Positions 47,254-59,991 of a DNA stretch of 64,000 bases are shown here, in pieces. A program made the translations under genes and the position numbers. The stretch spans positions 13,206,001 to 13,270,000 of the forward strand of contig OZ210885.1 of NCBI GenBank assembly GCA_964658305.1, given 5' to 3'. Below the pieces are notes generated by a model. It was given only the letters and a program-made list of their open reading frames with translations. It did no database searches and was not told the origin of the DNA. The DNA comes from Leptogorgia sarmentosa. Lineage: Eukaryota. The first letter of the stretch is position 1; the number at the start of each line of letters is the position of its first letter.

Positions 47254-47325
47254 AGTTTCTGCCGAGACTTGAACTCGGATCGCTGGATTCAAAGTCCAAA
47301 GTGCTAACCATTACACCACAGAACC
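47254..47325 (-). tRNA. tRNA-Gln(TTG)
   Basis: GGTTCTGTGGTGTAATGGTTAGCAC..GACTTTGAATCC. Confidence 0.85.
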
Positions 47326-47453
47326 TTAACTCAATCTTGACAAAGATTCCCAATTCTTTAACGTTTCTTCCTTTGTTTCACAGCAAAAGGAACACTCTTC
47401 AATAGCGTACGTGGATATTTACTGAACACGAATTATGTATCCAGCACGTCACA

Positions 47454-47535
47454 GGTAGCGTGGCTGAGTGGTCTAAGGCGCTGGTTTTAGGCACCAGTCA
47501 TTTCGATGGCGTGGGTTCGAATCCCACCGCAGCCA
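47454..47535 (+). tRNA. tRNA-Leu(TAG)
   Basis: CTGGT-TTTAGGC-ACCAG; long variable arm. Confidence 0.85.
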
Positions 47536-47998
47536 AAATTTCGTTGTTCATGGCTGTATTCGTTTATTAATTTACGATTCACTATTCGTTCATCATGTAA
47601 CCCACTACGGAAGAAAAGAAAATGAATATTTTCTAATTTTACTCTCTTTTGCGTTCTGACACGACTAATAAAGATCTAATTCCAGCACAGTAAAACTATA
47701 TTCGCGATAGCCTGGAAAACCTTCGAAACCATGAATAATGGCAAAAACCATCTGATCGTGGAAAGAATTTTTCCATTGGATTTTAAATTCTTGATTTTCA
47801 CACCTTTATAACTTTATTGGTTAAAAGAGCATTAACGGAGTATCCATTTTGTAATTATAATAACTAGTTCGCTTTCGCTTTCATTTTTTTCTTGGATCAA
47901 TTTCTGTCAATTAACTCTGAATTGGAAAATGGACGGTGAAAGAGAATGGTAATAAAATTGGCGAACTTTAAATAACCTTTAAATCTCCTGTTCAATAT

Positions 47999-48070
47999 AG
48001 GTTCTGCCGAGACTTGAACTCGGATCGCTGGATTCAGAGTCCGAAGTGCTAACCATTACACCACAGAACC
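47999..48070 (-). tRNA. tRNA-Gln(CTG)
   Basis: GACTCTGAATCC anticodon arm. Confidence 0.85.
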
Positions 48071-48194
48071 TTAACACGACCGCGACAACGTTTCCTCATT
48101 TTTTAACATTTTTTTTCTTTCTTTCACATCCAAAGGCAGATATTCTAACGGGTGGATATTCAGTAAAGGGAAATCATGTAATAGATACGTTTAA

Positions 48195-48276
48195 GGTAGC
48201 GTGCCCGAGTTGTCTAAGGCGCTGGTTTAAGGCACCAGTCATTTCGATGACATGGGTTCGAATCCCACCGCTGCCA
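48195..48276 (+). tRNA. tRNA-Leu(AAG), diverged
   Basis: A-box substitutions relative to the 49697 copy. Confidence 0.7.
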
Positions 48277-48605
48277 AATTTTTGTTGTTCAAGGACGTTG
48301 TGGTTTACTGAGCTGATATAAGTTTCAAAACGTGATGCTTCTTATCCACATTTTGTGAAAACTCGTAATTTTATCCAGGAAAAAGCGAAAGAGTAAAAAT
48401 GATGTTTTCTGATATCACCCTCTTTTGGTCGAAGCTATTTGATAACTACCAAATATTTGATCATGGACAGTGTTTTCGCATTGTATTCTTAATTCTTGAT
48501 CATTTTTCACTCTTCTATAATTTTACTTGCCGCTAACTTTCATTATGTTGCATTTCAATTTTAATTGCACGACGAGAAACACAGGAATGGTCAACAAGTT
48601 ATCAC

Positions 48606-48677
48606 TCGCATGTGGTCTAGTGGTTAGGATCTGGCGTTTTCACCGCCATCGCCCGAATTCGACTCCCGGCGTGGGAA
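48606..48677 (+). tRNA. tRNA-Glu(TTC), diverged
   Basis: TGGCG-TTTTCAC-CGCCA; T-stem mismatches. Confidence 0.7.
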
Positions 48678-49002
48678 TTTTTTCTGAAAATTTCAATTTG
48701 AAGCAGCTGTGTTCACATTCTCAAACTTGTTCTCTGAAACCAAAAATATACAAATTCAGAAATTAGCAAAACTATTGGTAATGTATTATCTCTATCCCTC
48801 TTACCCATTTTTTTGGAGTTTTCTGTACTTAAGTTCTTGTTGAAATAATCTTGCTTTTCGACAAAAAAATGATTTTACTGATCATGTTTAAAGTGAACCA
48901 ATTTCCTAGAACTTACTCTGATTTATTATTTGAAGGTGTTTGGTGAAAATGTTCGGCATCTTGTGGAATATGAACATTATAACGAAAGAATTGGGCAACT
49001 TT

Positions 49003-49073
49003 GCGTTGGTGGTTCAGTGGTAGAATTCTCGCCAGCCACGCGGGAGACCGGGGTTCGATTCCCCGCTAACGCA
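49003..49073 (+). tRNA. tRNA-Gly(GCC)
   Basis: Inverted copy of 43439-43509 (A at position 33). Confidence 0.8.
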
Positions 49074-49499
49074 GATTATTATCATTTCTTGCATTTCGGT
49101 TTGGGTTGCAACTCGAGAAAAAGCGTGGCTTTGTAACACAGACATAATCTCATAATTTTCTCCATAACAGAGGAATGTAAAATTAATATTTTCTGATATC
49201 ACTCTCTTTTAGCTAAAACTGTTTGATAGCCACAAACTATGTCATCATGGACAGAGTTTTTGCATTGGTTTCCAAATTCTTGATTATTTCAATCGTTTCT
49301 AATTTTACTCATTAAAGAGCTTCTATAATAGATATCACTTTTGTAACTAAAATAAGAAGTTCACCTTCGCATCAATTGTTCTTCCTCGATGAATGATTTT
49401 TTTTTCAACTAACTGTGACTTGCAAAAAGGACATTGTAAGAGAAACGTAATGAAATGCGCCACCTTATGCAATGTTTCCAATGCATAGTTGAGTCTACT

Positions 49500-49571
49500 A
49501 GGTTCTGCCGAGACTTGAACTCGGATAGATGGATTCAAATTCCAAAGTGCTAACCATTACACCACAGAAAC
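49500..49571 (-). pseudogene. tRNA-Gln(TTG), diverged
   Basis: Third Gln copy with several mismatches. Confidence 0.7.
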
Positions 49572-49696
49572 TTAACACGATAGTATAAATGTTCCGAATT
49601 GTTTAACGTTTCTTCTTTCTGTAATACAGAAAGGCATCTCTTTAAGCAATGTCGATGTTTACTAAAAGGAAATTATATCGGTCAGGATGTCACGTA

Positions 49697-49778
49697 GGTA
49701 GCGTGGCCGAGTGGTCTAAGGCGCTGGTTTAAGGCACCAGTCATTTCGATGGCGTGGGTTCGAATCCCACCGCTGCCA
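49697..49778 (+). tRNA. tRNA-Leu(AAG)
   Basis: GGTAGCGTGGCCGAGTGGTCTAAGGCGCTGGTTTAAGGCACCAG. Confidence 0.92.
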
Positions 49779-50266
49779 AATTTTCGTTGTTCTTGCACGT
49801 TGTGGTTGATTCAGCTCACATAAGTTTCACAAGCTGACGCTTCTTATCCATATTTTGGGAAAACTCATAATTTCATCCATAACGGAAAAATAGTAAAATT
49901 CTCAACTCTTGATAATTTTTCACTTTTTTATCATTTTTCCCGTTAAAGAGCTTTCATAAACGAGTATATATCGCTTTTGCACTACACGAAATGTATGCAA
50001 ACCCTCAATTTCACCGTCGAAAACGTTAGCAACATAATACAATAATAACATAAACACAGTATTTCCGGTGACCATTCAAATTTCCCAATGGTATTAAAAT
50101 CGTTTGATTTTAACTAGGATTATAGAAAAAATTGTAATAAAATAATGTGTACCCCTTTCACGTATTTGGGTTAGGTAAATTCTCAAGGGAAAGAATCAGA
50201 ACGGGATGTGGCATGTTGAATGTAGCAAAGAATAAAAGTTGTAGGAAATTCCATGTTTTCATGCGT

Positions 50267-50664
50267 GTCAGGATGGCCGGATCGGCGTTAGATCATAGTC
50301 AGCGTAGGAACATATCCGAGACTGCTTTATATGTCGGTCAGCGGTGATAGAAATTTCTATTCGCGTATTCACAAAATAAACAAGACCCAAACCATAAATC
50401 TGACCCTAACCTTTGGTTATGGTTTGGGACTGGTGATTAGGGTCAGATTTATGGGACTGGTTATTTTGTGAATACGCCAATAGAAATTTCTATCACCGCT
50501 GACCGACATATAAAGCAGTCTCGCATATGTTCCTACCCTGACTATGATCTAACGCCGATCGGATGGCCGAGCGGGCTAAGGCGCCAGACTCAAGTGCAAA
50601 AATTTGTCACGATCAACCTTGACGTAATAGGGTGTTCTGGTCCACACATGTGGTCGTGGGTTCG
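50267..50664 (+). pseudogene. tRNA-Leu(CAA), intron-containing, interrupted by a MITE and 3'-truncated
   Basis: GTCAGGATGGCCG [MITE] GGATGGCCGAGC..CCAGACTCAAG..GGGTTCG. Confidence 0.8.
50280..50560. mobile_element. Foldback (Mutator-like) MITE in a tRNA A-box
   Basis: Long TIR GATCGGCGTTAGATCATAGTCAG; exact 9-bp TSD GGATGGCCG. Confidence 0.85.
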
Positions 50665-51007
50665 CAAAACATATAGAAAGTTTCGGAGATGTGAATCGAT
50701 GCAACAAAAAATATGAAGCAAGTTAAATGCCATGCAGGTCCAAGCCAGATTTAAACTGGGGTCCTTCCAGTGTGAGACGCATGCAGTAACCAGTGCACTA
50801 CACGAAATGTATAGCAATCCCTAAATTTCACCGAAGAATCTAGAAAACGCTAACAAGATAAAATAAAAAATAACAGCTAACAAGATAAAATAAAAAATAA
50901 CAAAAACACAGTATTTCTGATTACCATTCAAATTTCCCATTGGTATTACAATCGTTTGATTTTAACTGGGATTATAGAAACATACGTCTTACTTGGGTAA
51001 TTAACTA

Positions 51008-51079
51008 GGGCTTGCACGGGAATCGAACCCGTGACCTCTCGCACCCAAAGCGAGAATCATACCACTAGACAAGCAAGCC
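51008..51079 (-). tRNA. tRNA-Pro(TGG)
   Basis: CTCGC-TTTGGGT-GCGAG. Confidence 0.88.
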
Positions 51080-51190
51080 ATTGACGGTATCAAAATGTTT
51101 TTTAATGTACTTTGTACTGACGGTGAAAAATGAGGCATTAATGTAATATCTCAGCCGTTCTAAAACATTTTCCAATCTTACAGCGAAGTC

Positions 51191-51262
51191 GCCGTGATCG
51201 TATTGTGGTTAGTACATTGCGTTGTGGCCGTAATAACCCAGGTTCGAATCCTGGTCACGGCA
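51191..51262 (+). tRNA. tRNA-His(GTG)
   Basis: Inverted copy of 44816-44887. Confidence 0.85.
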
Positions 51263-51432
51263 TCTGATTCAAACAGCAAACGTATTGTAATTACGATTGC
51301 GGACATCGTCACCTTTGAAGTTCAGTCTGTTTATTATTGTCGTTGGATGTGGCCTTGGCAAAAAATCAGATTTTGACCAAAAATAATACTATTGTTTTTA
51401 TATTTCTCTTCGGAAGGTTTTCAATGGAGTAG

Positions 51433-51506
51433 GTCCCTGTGGCGCAATCGGTTAGCTTGTTTGGCTGTTAACCGAAAGGTTGTTGGTTCGAGTCCAACCA
51501 GGAACG
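51433..51506 (+). tRNA. tRNA-Asn(GTT), diverged
   Basis: GGCTGTTAACC loop. Confidence 0.75.
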
Positions 51507-51628
51507 TGTTTGGTTAGATCTTATTCAGATTTCGTGACGGTAAATGTAACCGATTATTTTGCGCGGGGTTTTCTAAGGATTTACGGAAACTTTCAAAAAA
51601 CAGAACGTCTTACTTGGTTAATTAACTA

Positions 51629-51700
51629 GGGCTTGCACGGGAATCGAACCCGTGACCTCTCGCACCCAAAACGAGAATCATACCACTAGACCAGCAAGCC
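51629..51700 (-). tRNA. tRNA-Pro(TGG)
   Basis: Copy of 51008-51079. Confidence 0.85.
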
Positions 51701-51946
51701 ATTGATGATATAAAAATGTTTTCTAATGTACTTTGTACTGACGGAGAAAAATATGGGATTAATGTAATATCTCAACCGTTGCAACTCGAGACAGAAGATT
51801 CTGTTCTCGACGGAAAGAAGTCACGTGATGACACATGCGGTGAATGAGTTTGTATTTAAATGCAAAATTGACAAAACAGAGGCAATGAAAAACTTTATAC
51901 TTTTCGTGAAGGTATATGTAGGTAACTAACCTAGATCGACTACACA

Positions 51947-51997
51947 GGGAGTGTGGCCCAGTGGTGGAGCGTTCGACTGCAGATCGAGAGGTCGGTG
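51947..51997 (+). pseudogene. tRNA-Cys(GCA), 3'-truncated
   Basis: Lacks T-arm and 3' acceptor strand. Confidence 0.7.
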
Positions 51998-52069
51998 TTA
52001 TCACACCCATAAACTGGAAATCTTCAAAATTCTTGATTTATTCATTTCCAAATACGAGGCAATGCCAAC

Positions 52070-52155
52070 GTAGTCGTGGCCGAGTGGTTAAGGCGGCAGA
52101 TTTGAAATCTGTTGGTTGGAAAATTCCAGCGCAGTTTCAAATTCTGCCGACTACA
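52070..52155 (+). pseudogene. tRNA-Ser(TGA), diverged
   Basis: GTAGTCG..CGACTAC; GCAGA-TTTGAAA-TCTGT; small insertion in variable arm. Confidence 0.7.
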
Positions 52156-52402
52156 ATCGCAACTCTAGCTTTCAAATATCAGACTGTCACTCCGTACGGC
52201 GCAGTCTTTGTATTTTGTATCAATATTTCCCCTGATAAATTTTAGTCTGGGTTTTGCTCATTCAATGATTTCTAAGCACCCGATCTTTTCATTAACTTGC
52301 CAGCGTATTAAGCATACAATTCAACGTATACATATTAATGATTGTACTATTGAAGAAGGAAATATTTTGGACGTTTGTCCTTCTTGTAAACACGAATCCA
52401 TA

Positions 52403-52653
52403 GGCCTGATTCCACGGGCGATATTTCTTGGCGAAATGCGAGAATTTTCGCGCGAACTAATTGTACGCATGCGTGATAAAGGCAAATAAGATTTCTCGAG
52501 AAAAAATTTCGCTTCGCCAGCGAGTAGAAGTCAGTTCTACTCACTACGAAAGCGAAAAATGTGGGAGAATTCAATAGAATCGTTCATGTGCAACCATCCG
52601 CATTTCGCAGACGCAATTTCTCGCGAAAGATTTCGCCGTCGTGGAATCAGACC
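52403..52653. mobile_element. Harbinger-like MITE (inverted copy of 40370-40620)
   Basis: GGCCTGATTCCACG..CGTGGAATCAGACC. Confidence 0.7.
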
Positions 52654-52907
52654 TTAAGAATAACTAGGAAATATTTAATTTGAATTGCTTGCCATAGACC
52701 TATTTTTGCTGCTGTCAAATAATTAACATAGAATTATTAGAATCGCGTAAAATACTGATTTTTTCTACAATCAAAAACGGTTAATCTCGGGAATTCCTGA
52801 GTAAGAAAAATCTGATCGATGCTCGAGCCACTTTCGTCACGGTCTGGATCCGCGCCTGAGACGTCAATGTTAAGTTGAAAAACGCGAAACCTATTGGTTG
52901 TAGTAAG

Positions 52908-52989
52908 GTAGCCGTGGCCGAGCGGTTAAGGCGGCAGACTCGAAATCTGTTGGGAGTTTCCAGCGCAGGTTCAAATCCTGCCGACTACG
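52908..52989 (+). tRNA. tRNA-Ser(CGA)
   Basis: GCAGA-CTCGAAA-TCTGT; GGTTCAAATCC. Confidence 0.85.
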
Positions 52990-53271
52990 TTATGGAAATT
53001 TTCATTATTTTCGTCTCGAGTATAAACACGATTTTTTGGGGGAAAAAAATTCGATGACAGGAAATTCTGTTCTCGGTGATGGTGGTTGAATGTTTAAATT
53101 CCATCAAAAAAATCAACGGAAAGAAGTCGCGTTTTTTATAATTGTATTAAGTTTATGAAACATGCCAAGAAAGATTTTGTATTCGAATGTAAAATTGTTA
53201 AACAGAGGTCCGTGAATTGATTATAGCTGCGTTTGAAAGTATATGTACGTAATTAACCAGGAGAGTACACA

Positions 53272-53343
53272 GGGAGTGTAGCTCAGTGGTAGAGCATTCG
53301 ACTGCAGATCGAGAGGTCGGTGGTTCAAATCCGCCCGCTCCTT
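53272..53343 (+). tRNA. tRNA-Cys(GCA)
   Basis: GGGAGTGTAGCTCAGTGGTAGAGCATTCGACTGCAGATCGA. Confidence 0.9.
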
Positions 53344-53736
53344 CTTTAAAGAAAAAGATAAAAGCTATATTTTCGACCCGAAGACAATTTTTGCTTTCTT
53401 AGACGCTGCTGGGATGTTTGTTTTGTTTTGAAGCAATCTGTGGCTTTACCTCTAATTTGATTTGTTCAAAGTGATAACATAAAATTCCATTGTCATCACA
53501 GAAAATTGCACTGTGTCAAGAGAGAATTGCACTATGGATTACACAAGATTGCACTGTGATTACACAAGATTGCACTGTGATTTGGGATTAAATGCACTGA
53601 CGTAAACCAATCATAGTCGAGTAATGCTTTTATGTATATTATTAAGAAATAATCACCCTAAAGAATCCATTTTATTTGCACGCAACCTTTGGCCCAGGCC
53701 CCACGCGGTATCCTCTTATCACTATTCTATATATTA

Positions 53737-56096
53737 CACTGTTATTTTCAGGGTGTTATTTTAACACCAAAAAGAGGGGTTACGGCATTTAGTCTAAAAT
53801 AATCCTTTTTTAGGGGTTACAAATAACTCCAATTAGGGTGTTAAAATTTAACCCCAGTTTTGGAGTTAAAATAACACCGATTTAGGTGTTAAAATATAAC
53901 ACCTTTTGAGGAGTTTAATAAATCTAACTCCGTTTCAGGGGGTTAAAAAAATTCATTCGTCGAATTTCAGAAACAAACCTTCCCAAATGGTCCATTTATA
54001 TCTTTAGCTATGTTATCGTCTTTGAAAAAACATTATTTTCCGTCATCAATAAATAATTTAAAATATCGAAGTGTGAGTTGCATAGCAACTGCGAAAGAAT
54101 TACTGTAGCATGCACATACACGGAAATATACAACTTACTACAGAATCATAACAGAATTAAAGTCAATGAGTCGCATGCATATTGTTTAAGTATGTGCACT
54201 TCCAGCTTTGTTGATAGGCTTAAAAAGCATCACAAGAATGTGCATGCATGGCAAGGACAAGAAGTTTTGGTCAGTTCATTCTAAACCACATGTGTAATTC
54301 AAGAATCACCCATATTAAAATTGTAAAGACATTTGATTACTTTCCATCAACATGTTGCTGTACTTCTAACTTTTTAGTGCCAAAAAGTTGACCCCAGAAT
54401 GTAAGATATTTAACTGTAAAGAAGTTGCTGAAGGTTTAGAATTTACAAGAACACTCATACATATATATAAATTATATGCAAACTTGTATGTTTTGTTTAC
54501 CTTATACATCAAAAAAATATACACATAACCATGTTTAAATGTGTAAAAGTATTTTGAAACTAAACTAAATGAGGAGTGTCTAAACTCTAAAAAACCAAAA
54601 GCATTGTTCAAAACAGTACATGTTGATGTTGTTCAAATTTGAATTTCATAGCAGTGAGCTAAAGAAATGCTTTTGTGGATTTTTAGACTCCCAGAACCTA
54701 TGATAAACACATATCTGTTACTGCAAGTGGTCAGAAACTCAGAGATTGTTTGTACAAGTTAGATATCTAACATTTAATATAAACTGTCATTAAATGTAAT
54801 CCATTCATGGCAAGGAAAAACAGTGTTACCAGTATGCTGTCTTCTGTAACTATGAGGCAGGGCTGGAGTTGTTTCTTTATGTCTTCATCAAGGGTTCAGC
54901 AACATTCTAAGATGAAAGGAAATTCAAGCATTTAAAAAAATAGGCATTTTCCATATTGAGCTGGAGTTCACCCATGATGTCCTACATGGGCATATATTTA
55001 GGGTCTTATCATAAGTATGTAGCTGGCATCGATTTTAATGTATGTCAACACAAATGTGTTTATTACATTGCTAAAAGGAACAGTGTTTTTGAACAAAATG
55101 ACAATTTAATATCAAACTTAGACACAGCTGTTTTTGAAATTCTTCCATGTCATGTACCATACCGGTATTAATAAATGCAAAGTGAGATGTTGAATATGAT
55201 TTTGAAATTTCTGGTAGCAGTTGCAGGTCTTTGCCTGAACACCTTAGGCCAAAATATAGAGCCATGTAGGCTATATAAATATGTTCAAGCATGAAATAGT
55301 CACAGTTCAAAGTTGGCCTGTCAGTGTCTTGTGTTAGAAGGCATTGGTTGTCATTATTTTACAAACTCTCCACAATACATGGCAAACTAATGAACTATAA
55401 ACAAATTATTGATTTACCTGTGACTCATTCAACCAGAAGTCAACTATGCATGTACTTTACAGTTTATACTGGCACTGTATACTGCATAATACATTGCGTC
55501 ATTGCCATACTATTATCACATGGAAAAACCAGTTTCTTTGGGAAACCCTGAGCAAAAATAGTGTGTAAATACAAAAGAATACATAGCAGTATAAATATGG
55601 CTAAATCATAAACACAGTCTGCCAAAATTCACCTGAATTTTGCGGCTCATATTTGTCGTTGAATGTTCACATATAATGCTATAATTTTGGATGTAAATAA
55701 ACGCTTTATTACTGCATAAATTCGTATAAAATTTGAGCATTGAGAATGGATAACACTTACCCAACATAAGATCGTGTAGATACGACACAATTGGCACAAT
55801 TTCTCCTTTTTTCCATCGAAATTTCATCAAAAATCGCATCCAAAATAGCGTTAATTTAAAAAATTTAAAAATGCCGCTCCTTAAAAATAATCCCTTAAAT
55901 GGAGTTAGATTCACTAATCCCCCTTACGTGGTGTTATTTTTGAATACTGATTAGCCGGCGAATGCCTGCAACCCTTCAAAGGGTATTATTTTAACTCCAG
56001 TTATGGAGTTAAAAGAGCTGAAATTTGTAACCCCTCTATTACTCCTCTAGAATCCCTTCAAAGTGGTGTTAAAATAACACCTTGAAAATAACAGTG
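53737..56096. mobile_element. Non-autonomous CACTG-terminated (EnSpm/CACTA-like) element
   Basis: TIR CACTGTTATTTTCA(G/A)GGTGTTATTTTAACACC and subterminal GGAGTTA/GGTGTTA repeats; no long ORF. Confidence 0.75.
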
Positions 56097-58782
56097 TGAC
56101 AATGCCGAAAAGGATTTAAATTTCTCGATTTGCCCTAAGTCCAGTCATGGTGAAACTGGTGACAAGGACGAAAGTTTCACACCTTTGAAACCTTCCAGTT
56201 CTACTTTAGCAAATTTGGATAAAAATAAAGATCTGGTGTTTGACACGACAAGGAAGTTCCCAAGCGACCGTGGTCATTTTAAGGAAAACATAACTGATTG
56301 TGATTTGAAAATACTGATTATGCAGCATAAGTCATGCAGACCAACAGGACCCTTCGAATATGAAGATGACGAAGGGAATTCAATAGTGAATTTCAGTGCC
56401 AGATACTACAATAAGCATGTTAATAATATGTCAATACAAAGACTTTGGTTATGCTATTCAATGGAACTGAAAAAGGCTTATTGCGAAGTTTGTTGGTTGT
56501 TTGCTGATCGTGCATCATCAAATTATGAAAATCACAGAGGATGGATAAATGGAGTATCTGGTGGCTTGCATAATATGCTCGAAAAAATTAAGAGGCACGA
56601 AGCTTCCAACGTGCATATACAGGCAACCGCAGTCTATATGAGATGGAAATCTGGCAAGATCGCTGTACATGAAGATAATGAGAAAGAAATCAGAAACAAT
56701 ACTCTCTTCTGGGTTAAGTTCTTGACCGAATCATGACAATAATATTGACTCTTGCCACGCTAAGTCTGGCATTTAGAGGTCACAACGAGCAGGTTCATGA
56801 AAACATTTGTGAAGGTGGAAACTTTCTTGGTATGGTATATATGATGGCTCAGTACGACGAGATTCTTGCAAAAGTTATCTCACTTCCCGCCCGTGCAACA
56901 AAGTATCTTAGCCCAAAAATTCAAAACGAGTTAATACAACTTCTAGCAAAAACAGTCGCGGTTTCTTTGGTTAACAAGATCAATGCTTCGCCATTTTGGG
57001 CTCTCATTTTAGATTCTACTAGCGATATAACTAGAATTGATCAGTTAAGCGTTATAATACGGCGGGTCCAGATAGATGGGGACAATTGCAGTATTGAAGA
57101 AAACTTCTTGGGTTTTGTACAATTAGATGATGCAACGGCGAATGGAATAGTATCAACCACAAAGGCGTTTCTGCAAGGTCTTGGTGTTAACTTTTCAAAA
57201 ATACGTGGACAAGGATATGACGGCGCAAGCGTAATGAGTGGTATTCATGCTGGCGTGCAAAAGTTGATTAAAAGTATGGTTACCACCCCAGTTCCTTTCG
57301 TTCATTGCGGCAGCCATAATTTGAACCTGGTAATCAACGATGCTGTCAATTCAGTTGTAGAAAATAATAATTTCTTTGGGCTATTAAGGGAAATATTTAG
57401 CTTTTTCGCACCTTCGTTAAACAGATGGAGAGAACTCGGTCTTGAAGCTGAAAAAGGATCTCTCACACTCAAGAAATTATGCACAACGCGATGGAGTTCG
57501 CGAATTGATGCTGTACGGGCTGTACCTTACAGGTACCCACATATCATGAAAGTATTAACACGGTTGTCTTTAACATCTACTAACAAAGCAGAAAGAGATG
57601 ATGCAAAACAATTGAAAAACAAATTAGATAAACTGGAATTTGTTTTATTTATCGTTATGTGGGAGCGAGTTTTGCGAGCAATCAACAGCGCTTCAAATGA
57701 GTTGCAGTCGCAAAAGATTGATCTGTCTGTTGCATCAAGGCTCTTAAGCTGTGCATTATCGGAACTCGTGATCTTAAGAAGTTCGTGGAACTCAGTTCTT
57801 TTAACTGCGACAGCATTAGCCCAGTCCTGGAGTTCATCTGTGACGTTTGAGAACAAGAGGAATCGCAAAACAAAACGGTTTTTTGATGAACTTTCTACTG
57901 ATCAAAGACTAACTGATCCTGAAGAAGCTTTCAAAATCAACGTATTTTACCAAACGGTTGACAATGCCATTATGCAACTCAAACAACGGTTTGAAGGTCA
58001 GAAAATGGTCACCAGTCTATTCAGTTGCCTTCATCCACAAAACATGTCTCAGTTGAAGTCACCTCAGCTTGAAACTGTTGCAGAAGCAATTGTAGAAGAA
58101 TATCCAGCTGATTTTACCGATGAACTTGTGTCTGAATTTCGATCTTTTGTCAACGAATTCAGAAAGGAAATCGCAGAGACAAAATCTGTTACGGATGTGA
58201 TTCGTTTAATGCTTGAAAGCCGTGTCAGTTCCTCTTTCTCGCAAGTGTATAAACTCCTCATCCTATTTGCAACGATTCCTGTTACTGTTGCTACAGCAGA
58301 ACGCTCATTCTCTAAACTGAAGCTGATAAAGACGTATCTCAGGTCTAAAATATCGCAAGAAAGGCTTTCAGGTTTAGCGATACTTTCCATCGAAAATAAA
58401 GAAGCGAAAGCTGTTGACAAGAACGAGCTGATCCACCGATTCGCCAATGAAAATGCGAGAAGGAAGAAACGAATAGGTGTTTAAGTTTACAGTTTACGTA
58501 ATTAAACGTTTTGTTAATTTGTTAACTTTTTGACATTCTCCAGTTTTGGTAAAAATGATGTAAAAATAATTAGTACATGGTGTTTTGATTATACAGATTA
58601 TATATTATATACAACATGTTCTGGTTTCAAAAATTTTCGGAGAGCATGCTCCCTGACCGACCCCTCTAAGAAGGTCGCGGTCTGACACACATACGGCGCG
58701 TTTCATCACTAACCATGTATGATAAATAGGCCCCCGGCACCAAATATGCCTAAGGGCCCCGTGTTCCTCCGTTACGCCACTG
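56097..58782 (+). mobile_element. hAT transposon, right part
   Basis: Right end GTTACGCCACTG with GGCCCC subterminal motifs; left TIR not found. Confidence 0.75.
56098..58484 (+). pseudogene. hAT transposase (ZMYM1/TTF-zinc-finger type), 5'-truncated, with one frameshift at ~56717
   Basis: WLCYS....KAYC..CWLF, HE.S..H, LAFRGH, GNF, YLSP.IQNELI, LILDSTSD, GQGYDGA.VMSG, HCGSHNLNL, TRWSSR, TAERSFSKLKLIKTYLRS. Confidence 0.9.
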
Positions 58783-58884
58783 CACAAGAGCAGACAGGTA
58801 AGAATACACAAACTAATAATTTCTTGTTAACCATGCGCAAAGTCAGCACCGAGCTCGTCTTTTGTACCGACAGTGCACGTAGTG

Positions 58885-59160
58885 CGAGTTATAACAGGAA
58901 AATGATTGTCTCATATGAACATATGATTGAAACTTTAACACTTTCTATCATATCAGCAACTTTCCAATAAAGAATACCGAATGGTTTTCCGTGCAGGATT
59001 GCGTCATCCATGGACGTGGGATCTGGCGACTTTCGGAAAGCGTAAAAAATCACGAGCCGCAGGCGAGTCACTTTCCGAAACTCAAGCCACATCCCAAGTG
59101 CATGGATAACGCTATCCTGCACGGAAAAATCATTTGGTAATTGTTTTATAAAATAACTAC
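58885..59160. mobile_element. Non-autonomous Crypton-like hairpin element
   Basis: Inverted arms TTTCCGTGCAGGAT..ATCCTGCACGGAAA, apex CGAGCCGCAGGCGAG. Confidence 0.5.
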
Positions 59161-59991
59161 AGTGAAACAACGGAAAACGTTAATTTCTTTTCCATAAATA
59201 CGAAAACCCTTGTTTGTTGTTTTCGATAGCAATTTGTGTTACTGTCAAATTTTCGTATTTATTTATTGCCAACATTTCAAAAATCCCGTGACTCGTGAGC
59301 ATTATGCTCGTGAATGAAGAGCCCCTTTGTCTGCAAACAAACTTATAAGGATCGATGGTCCCATGTTGTATCTGTAAAACACTGCTGAAATGAAAAGATT
59401 TTAGAAAATACGACTAATTAAGAGAGAATGACGTCTGAAGTTCAGTAAGGTTTGCTGATAATGCTGTAAATGTGACGACCATTTGCAAACATCATTGGTA
59501 ATTTTACTTTTATTGACAAATGTTCTATAATAATTCGATATTGTAAACCAGCAAATACAACTAAAAATCTACACTAAAGTTGAAACAAAATCATTTTCAA
59601 ATATACAGTTGCCTCTTATATTAATTAGGCGAATTGCTAAACATTTCCACATATATGTTCACTGTTTAACTTATTCAGTGATACTATTTTAACTATCTTA
59701 TACGTTTACTATACCGCCATTGAGAATTAAGAGAAAATTCTTAGCATGACGTTTTCTCGATAATTATTTACAGCATGGACTGAATAAAAATGTTTGTAAT
59801 AAGACAGGTGAATTCAAAACACGCAGAGTGCCACTGAAATATTTTCCCTTCCACCCCATTTCTCCTCCCGGACAAGTATTTTTGAAATACTGACAGTAGG
59901 GATATTGAATAATGAATGAGGTAAAATGTATTAAACATTGAAGTTGAAATAATCAATCTCCATGTCAGAAAATATATGAAGCCTGCGCCTA

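Noticed and set aside
41762..53057. Short ORFs across the tRNA cluster
   Set aside because: Incidental translations of tRNA genes and spacers
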